Virus record (IMG/VR): IMGVR_UViG_3300045049_000079
Location: 25,831-89,830 of that record
Origin: a virus
Length of the DNA: 64,000 nucleotides
Strand: one strand, 5' to 3'
Shown here piece by piece: positions 60,469 to 64,000 of this stretch. Within the stretch, counting starts at the first letter, position 1; every line of letters starts with the position of its first letter. A model generated the notes under the pieces. The model worked only from the letters and a program-made list of their open reading frames with translations. It was not told the origin of the DNA and ran no database searches. A program made the translations under genes and the position numbers.

Positions 60469-61290
60469 ATGTCTAATCTACGAGTAATTTATAATAATGC
60501 GGCAGACAGGGCAACACTATCCTCTTCTGCCACAGCTTCGGGGTTGTCTGTCTCCAATCTTCTTACAGATGTTAAGTCGAAAGTTTGCAGAAGTACAGGC
60601 AAGACACTCACTATCACTGCCACATGGGCTAGTGCTGAACTGATTGATGGAATTGTATTGGCTTTCACCAACGGCACCCCAACAGCAACAATGGAAGTGG
60701 TGCTGTACACCAACTCTGCTGACACCGCTCCTGTGTATGACTCTGGCGCTGTTACGTGCTGCCCTCAACAAGCTGGTGCGTGGGCTACAGGCACAGGAGT
60801 TAACAGCTTTGCGTATGGTGGTGGTGTGTACGCTCGCGTGTGGCTCCCTAGTAAGATTAGCGCACAGAAGGCTGTCATCACGATTACAGACAATGATAAC
60901 ACATCGAGCTACTTTGAAGCAAGCCGATTGATTATTGGCTCTAGTTGGAATCCTTCTGTTGTGGATGTACAAGGCACTACGTTGCAGGTTGTAGATACGA
61001 GTACTCACACACGGACAGATGCAGGAGACTTGTACACGTATGTTGGCACAAAGCACCGTAAGCAGGCTATCAATCTTCCTAGTATTGAGACAGCTTCGCG
61101 TAAGCAGCTTTGGGATATTATGTTTGGAAATGGGCTGTCAAAGCCAATCTTCTTGAGTTTGTATCCCAACAATTCTGACGCTAATACAGAGGCTGCACAT
61201 ATGATCTATGGGAAGCTTGTGACTACGCCGTCGATGCAAACCCCATACTTTTCATATTTCTCTGCCACTGTTGAGATTGAGGAGGTATGA
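60469..61290 (+). CDS. tail protein (distal-tail-like)
   Basis: RLIIG..W.P, D.S...RT..G motifs; promoter TTGACT-17-TATAAT upstream. Confidence 0.6.
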   Translation: MSNLRVIYNNAADRATLSSSATASGLSVSNLLTDVKSKVCRSTGKTLTITATWASAELIDGIVLAFTNGTPTATMEVVLYTNSADTAPVYDSGAVTCCPQQAGAWATGTGVNSFAYGGGVYARVWLPSKISAQKAVITITDNDNTSSYFEASRLIIGSSWNPSVVDVQGTTLQVVDTSTHTRTDAGDLYTYVGTKHRKQAINLPSIETASRKQLWDIMFGNGLSKPIFLSLYPNNSDANTEAAHMIYGKLVTTPSMQTPYFSYFSATVEIEEV

Positions 61291-61291
61291 C

Positions 61292-61798
61292 ATGAAATGG
61301 GAAGATGCCAAGAAGATTATAAAATCCGGCGACATCGTAGCATGTTCTCACCAACCTTGGGCAACAATTTCAGATATCCAATCTCACATAGTTCGTATTG
61401 TAACCCAATCAGAATATAGCCACGTCGCAGTGGCATGGCTTCCTCCTGACGGCGATCCACACGTAATTGAAGCTGTTGTACCTTGTGTGACACTATCTCC
61501 GTTGGAACGGTATCTGGATTACGGATTCTTCTTGATCCAAATTCCAGACAAGCCAATGACTCAAGAAGAGGAATCTTACGGGATGTCTAAGCTTGGGGAA
61601 GAGTACAGTAAGCTTGAGGCCATCGAAGGGCAGTTTGATTTACTAGCAATCGGCGGGTCTGATCGTTGGGAGTGTGCGGAGCTAACAATCTGCATGCGAA
61701 GACTATCAGGGCTTGAGCTTGGAGCCAAAGCAACACCAGCAGCAGTAGTACAGCGCGCCCTTTCTTTGGGCTACTCAATGCAGTTCATCGAAAGGTAG
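61292..61798 (+). CDS. permuted papain-like NlpC/P60 amidase (YaeF/YiiX family)
   Basis: GDI, YSHV, IEA, G..Y, W.C.EL, TP order (His before Cys). Confidence 0.75.
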   Translation: MKWEDAKKIIKSGDIVACSHQPWATISDIQSHIVRIVTQSEYSHVAVAWLPPDGDPHVIEAVVPCVTLSPLERYLDYGFFLIQIPDKPMTQEEESYGMSKLGEEYSKLEAIEGQFDLLAIGGSDRWECAELTICMRRLSGLELGAKATPAAVVQRALSLGYSMQFIER

Positions 61799-61800
61799 AT

Positions 61801-62082
61801 ATGGATTTTAATATGCTTCTAGGACCAGTGCAAGCCCTGTTGGGCGCCTTGTGCGCAGTGTTGTGGGCAAATCTTACAGAGACGAAGAAGAAGGCTGAGA
61901 AGGTGGAAAATGACTTGGCACAGTACAAAGTGCATGTAGCAGAAACGTACGCCTCTAGTACAGAGTTGAAAGAGGCGCTTCGAGACATCAACAAGGCATT
62001 TGAGGCTTATGGTACAAAACTTGACGCCCGCCTTGACCGTATCGATGAGCGTCTAAACAAGATGATTGAGCAGAGGGAATAG
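61801..62082 (+). CDS. holin-like membrane protein (one TM plus coiled coil)
   Basis: N-terminal TM; directly upstream of the endolysin. Confidence 0.55.
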   Translation: MDFNMLLGPVQALLGALCAVLWANLTETKKKAEKVENDLAQYKVHVAETYASSTELKEALRDINKAFEAYGTKLDARLDRIDERLNKMIEQRE

Positions 62083-62083
62083 C

Positions 62084-62617
62084 ATGGAAATCACACTTGC
62101 ACAATTACAAGCCATCATGCCATATGCTAAGGACAAGGCAAGTGTGTTTCTTGGTCCGCTTAACGCAGCAATGAGTGAGTTTCAGATCAACACTCCGTTG
62201 CGTGTGGCGGCATTCTTGGCTCAGATAGGGCACGAGAGTGGGCAGCTTCAATATGTCAAGGAGTTGGCATCTGGAGAAGCATACGAAAAGAGACGTGACC
62301 TTGGTAACATTGAGCCGGGGTGGGGTATTCGCTTCAAAGGACGGGGACTGATTCAGGTAACGGGCTACTACAACTATTGCGCAGCAATGGTAAAGCTTGA
62401 CTTGGATTGTGTGACACATCCCGAGCTATTAGAACAACCTATCAATGCTGCTAGGGTTAGCGCGTGGTGGTGGGCTGACAGAGGGTTGAGTCAATTGGCT
62501 GATGCAGGAACTGAAGACTCGTTCAAAACAATCACTAAACGAATTAATGGCGGGACGAACGGATGGGATGATCGTCTTGCACTATACAAAAAGGCAAGAG
62601 AGGTGTTGGGATGTTAA
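62084..62617 (+). CDS. endolysin, glycoside hydrolase family 19
   Basis: FLAQIGHESG, GRGLIQVTG..NY, ITKRINGG.NG..DR. Confidence 0.92.
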   Translation: MEITLAQLQAIMPYAKDKASVFLGPLNAAMSEFQINTPLRVAAFLAQIGHESGQLQYVKELASGEAYEKRRDLGNIEPGWGIRFKGRGLIQVTGYYNYCAAMVKLDLDCVTHPELLEQPINAARVSAWWWADRGLSQLADAGTEDSFKTITKRINGGTNGWDDRLALYKKAREVLGC

Positions 62618-63075
62618 ATCTTACAAAAATGAAAGCTGTGTGGGAAGTGTTTCAAGCTGGAAAGTCTGTGGCAGACCCGAAGGCTTGGAAGATGCATCAA
62701 GTGTCCGCGAACGCCATTGCAGCTTTGCTGTTCGCTATTGTACAACTTGCCAAGGCTTGCGGCTATGATTTCGGAATTGATATGCAGACTTGTGCTGACA
62801 TTGCTATTGGCATCTTGGCTATCGCAAACGTCGGCCTCACCGTTGCCACAACCAAACACATTGGACTGCCCGCGACAACCGTACGAGAAGCCGAACAGAC
62901 TCTGCCAAGCCCTGAACAGCCTGCCAAAGAAGAGTCCGCCCCAGTGCAAGTTGAAGACGCACCTCCTGTTCAACGAGGAAGCGTTCATTCGTCAATTGAT
63001 GATGACGTACGAGCAAGAGCAATCCAGTGGGCCAGAGAGCATTCAGCCACAAACGGTTTGGCAAATGATGCGTGA
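62611..63075 (+). CDS. holin-like membrane protein
   Basis: hydrophobic segments followed by a hydrophilic tail; lysis-cassette position. Confidence 0.6.
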   Translation: MLNLTKMKAVWEVFQAGKSVADPKAWKMHQVSANAIAALLFAIVQLAKACGYDFGIDMQTCADIAIGILAIANVGLTVATTKHIGLPATTVREAEQTLPSPEQPAKEESAPVQVEDAPPVQRGSVHSSIDDDVRARAIQWAREHSATNGLANDA

Positions 63076-63121
63076 TAACCTGAAAGGTGTTGACTTGATT
63101 GTGCAATGCCGCATACAATAA
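62765..63121 (+). CDS. nested +1-frame ORF with signal peptide (candidate lysis accessory)
   Basis: MISELICRLVLTLLLASWLSQTSA/SP signal-like N-terminus; 4 Cys in the mature part; ends at a terminator. Confidence 0.45.
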   Translation: MISELICRLVLTLLLASWLSQTSASPLPQPNTLDCPRQPYEKPNRLCQALNSLPKKSPPQCKLKTHLLFNEEAFIRQLMMTYEQEQSSGPESIQPQTVWQMMRDNLKGVDLIVQCRIQ

Positions 63122-63154
63122 AAGCGTGAAAGCCGTTCAGTGGCCTCCACGCTT
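63121..63154. terminator. bidirectional terminator-like hairpin
   Basis: AAAGCGTG..GCC/GGC..CACGCTTT between convergent genes. Confidence 0.55.
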
Positions 63155-63221
63155 TCCTTGGCACTTATGGTAGAGTGCGCTTCTTCGCCCCTTCACTTAA
63201 TTGTGTTGGGGCATTTTTATT

Positions 63222-63509
63222 TTAAGCTGCTGCTTTTGCTTTCGGGAACGCTTGGATAGCGTTGTAGAACTCCACAGCAGCATTCACGATCTGCGTCACC
63301 AGTGCCAGAATGTTAGCAAAGGGGACAGGGCCATTAGCAGCCGTATAAATAGCTTGCACTGCTGCCAGCACAAACTTCAGCTTGTCAGCGCCGTTACCAG
63401 CGCCGAGAACGGCTTCAGCAGTTTTCACTTGATCCGTGATGACAGGGATCAGCGTAGCCGTCACTTTGTTGATGTACTGGATGTCGGCGATGATGTTGTC
63501 GATGTTCAT
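63222..63509 (-). CDS. amphipathic holin-like protein (LL-H-like G.GA.KL motif)
   Basis: AE...G.GNGADKL..V; TAAGGA RBS; promoter TTGACG-17-TACACT at 63652-63624. Confidence 0.55.
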   Translation of the reverse strand: MNIDNIIADIQYINKVTATLIPVITDQVKTAEAVLGAGNGADKLKFVLAAVQAIYTAANGPVPFANILALVTQIVNAAVEFYNAIQAFPKAKAAA

Positions 63510-63747
63510 TTGAAAGTTTCCTTAGATAAATTGGTAGAAATGCTTCGTTTGTGCTGCATGGCCTGATGGCTCTTGTTCTGTCTGATTCTGTGGAAATGTT
63601 CTGTTCCAGATCAGATGTTTGTAAGTGTATGCCTACATTTTATGTGCGTCAAGAAATATGTGTGAGGAATCACGCGCAATTACAACATCGTATACCTGAT
63701 CTTTTAGTAATATTTCAAATTCTCACACTTGATTTGTAGCAACTTGC

Positions 63748-64000
63748 TTAATTGTCAACAGCCTTGCTCAGAGCATCCAAAGTTTCCGCCTCGGCAACGA
63801 TGTCTTTGGTTTTTGCGTTGAAGCGGGCTTTCACGAACTTAGTGATGATCTTTTTATCAATCTTCAGTTCAGAAGCTGCCTCTTCCATAAGAGACTTGAA
63901 ATCTTGTTTCTGATCGTCTAGTTCTGCCAGAACACCAATGCCACGTTGCAGAAAGCCTGCCAGCTTGGTTACATCAACAGTTCCGATATCGAGGGTAATT
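63748..64000 (-). CDS. partial dsDNA-binding protein (T4 DsbA/GapR-like)
   Basis: manual translation ...ELDDQKQDFKSLMEEAASELKIDKKIITKFVKARF...; 5' end lies outside the window. Confidence 0.5.
   Translation of the reverse strand, partial: ITLDIGTVDVTKLAGFLQRGIGVLAELDDQKQDFKSLMEEAASELKIDKKIITKFVKARFNAKTKDIVAEAETLDALSKAVDN

Overview
A 64-kb segment of a lytic-looking tailed dsDNA phage with siphovirus architecture (tail tube, frameshifted tail chaperone, 1637-aa tape measure, no sheath). The host is probably Gram-negative and possibly an Oxalobacteraceae-type betaproteobacterium (weak inference). Layout: (i) ~2.4-17.8 kb is a plus-strand early region of about 50 small orphan ORFs driven by many sigma70-like promoters. 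It is bracketed by two strand-skewed non-coding blocks that may mark long terminal-repeat ends, and is interrupted by two antisense 'small FDY-protein + GIY-YIG-type nuclease' cassettes. (ii) 18.6-25.2 kb is a minus-strand block: serine recombinase, SLOG-family protein, HD nucleotidase, ClpP-like protease, PhoH, PcfJ-like protein. (iii) 25.4-27.0 kb holds the putative small terminase, a cloverleaf kissing-loop ncRNA, four tRNAs and further structured RNAs. (iv) The head module is followed by a ~10-kb inserted fibre/enzyme module, then the tail module, whose central fibre ends in an intein-like Hint domain. (v) The lysis cassette has a GH19 endolysin and no recognisable spanin, but a signal-peptide ORF is nested in the +1 frame of the holin-like gene. 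All calls come from reading motifs by eye; no database searches were run.
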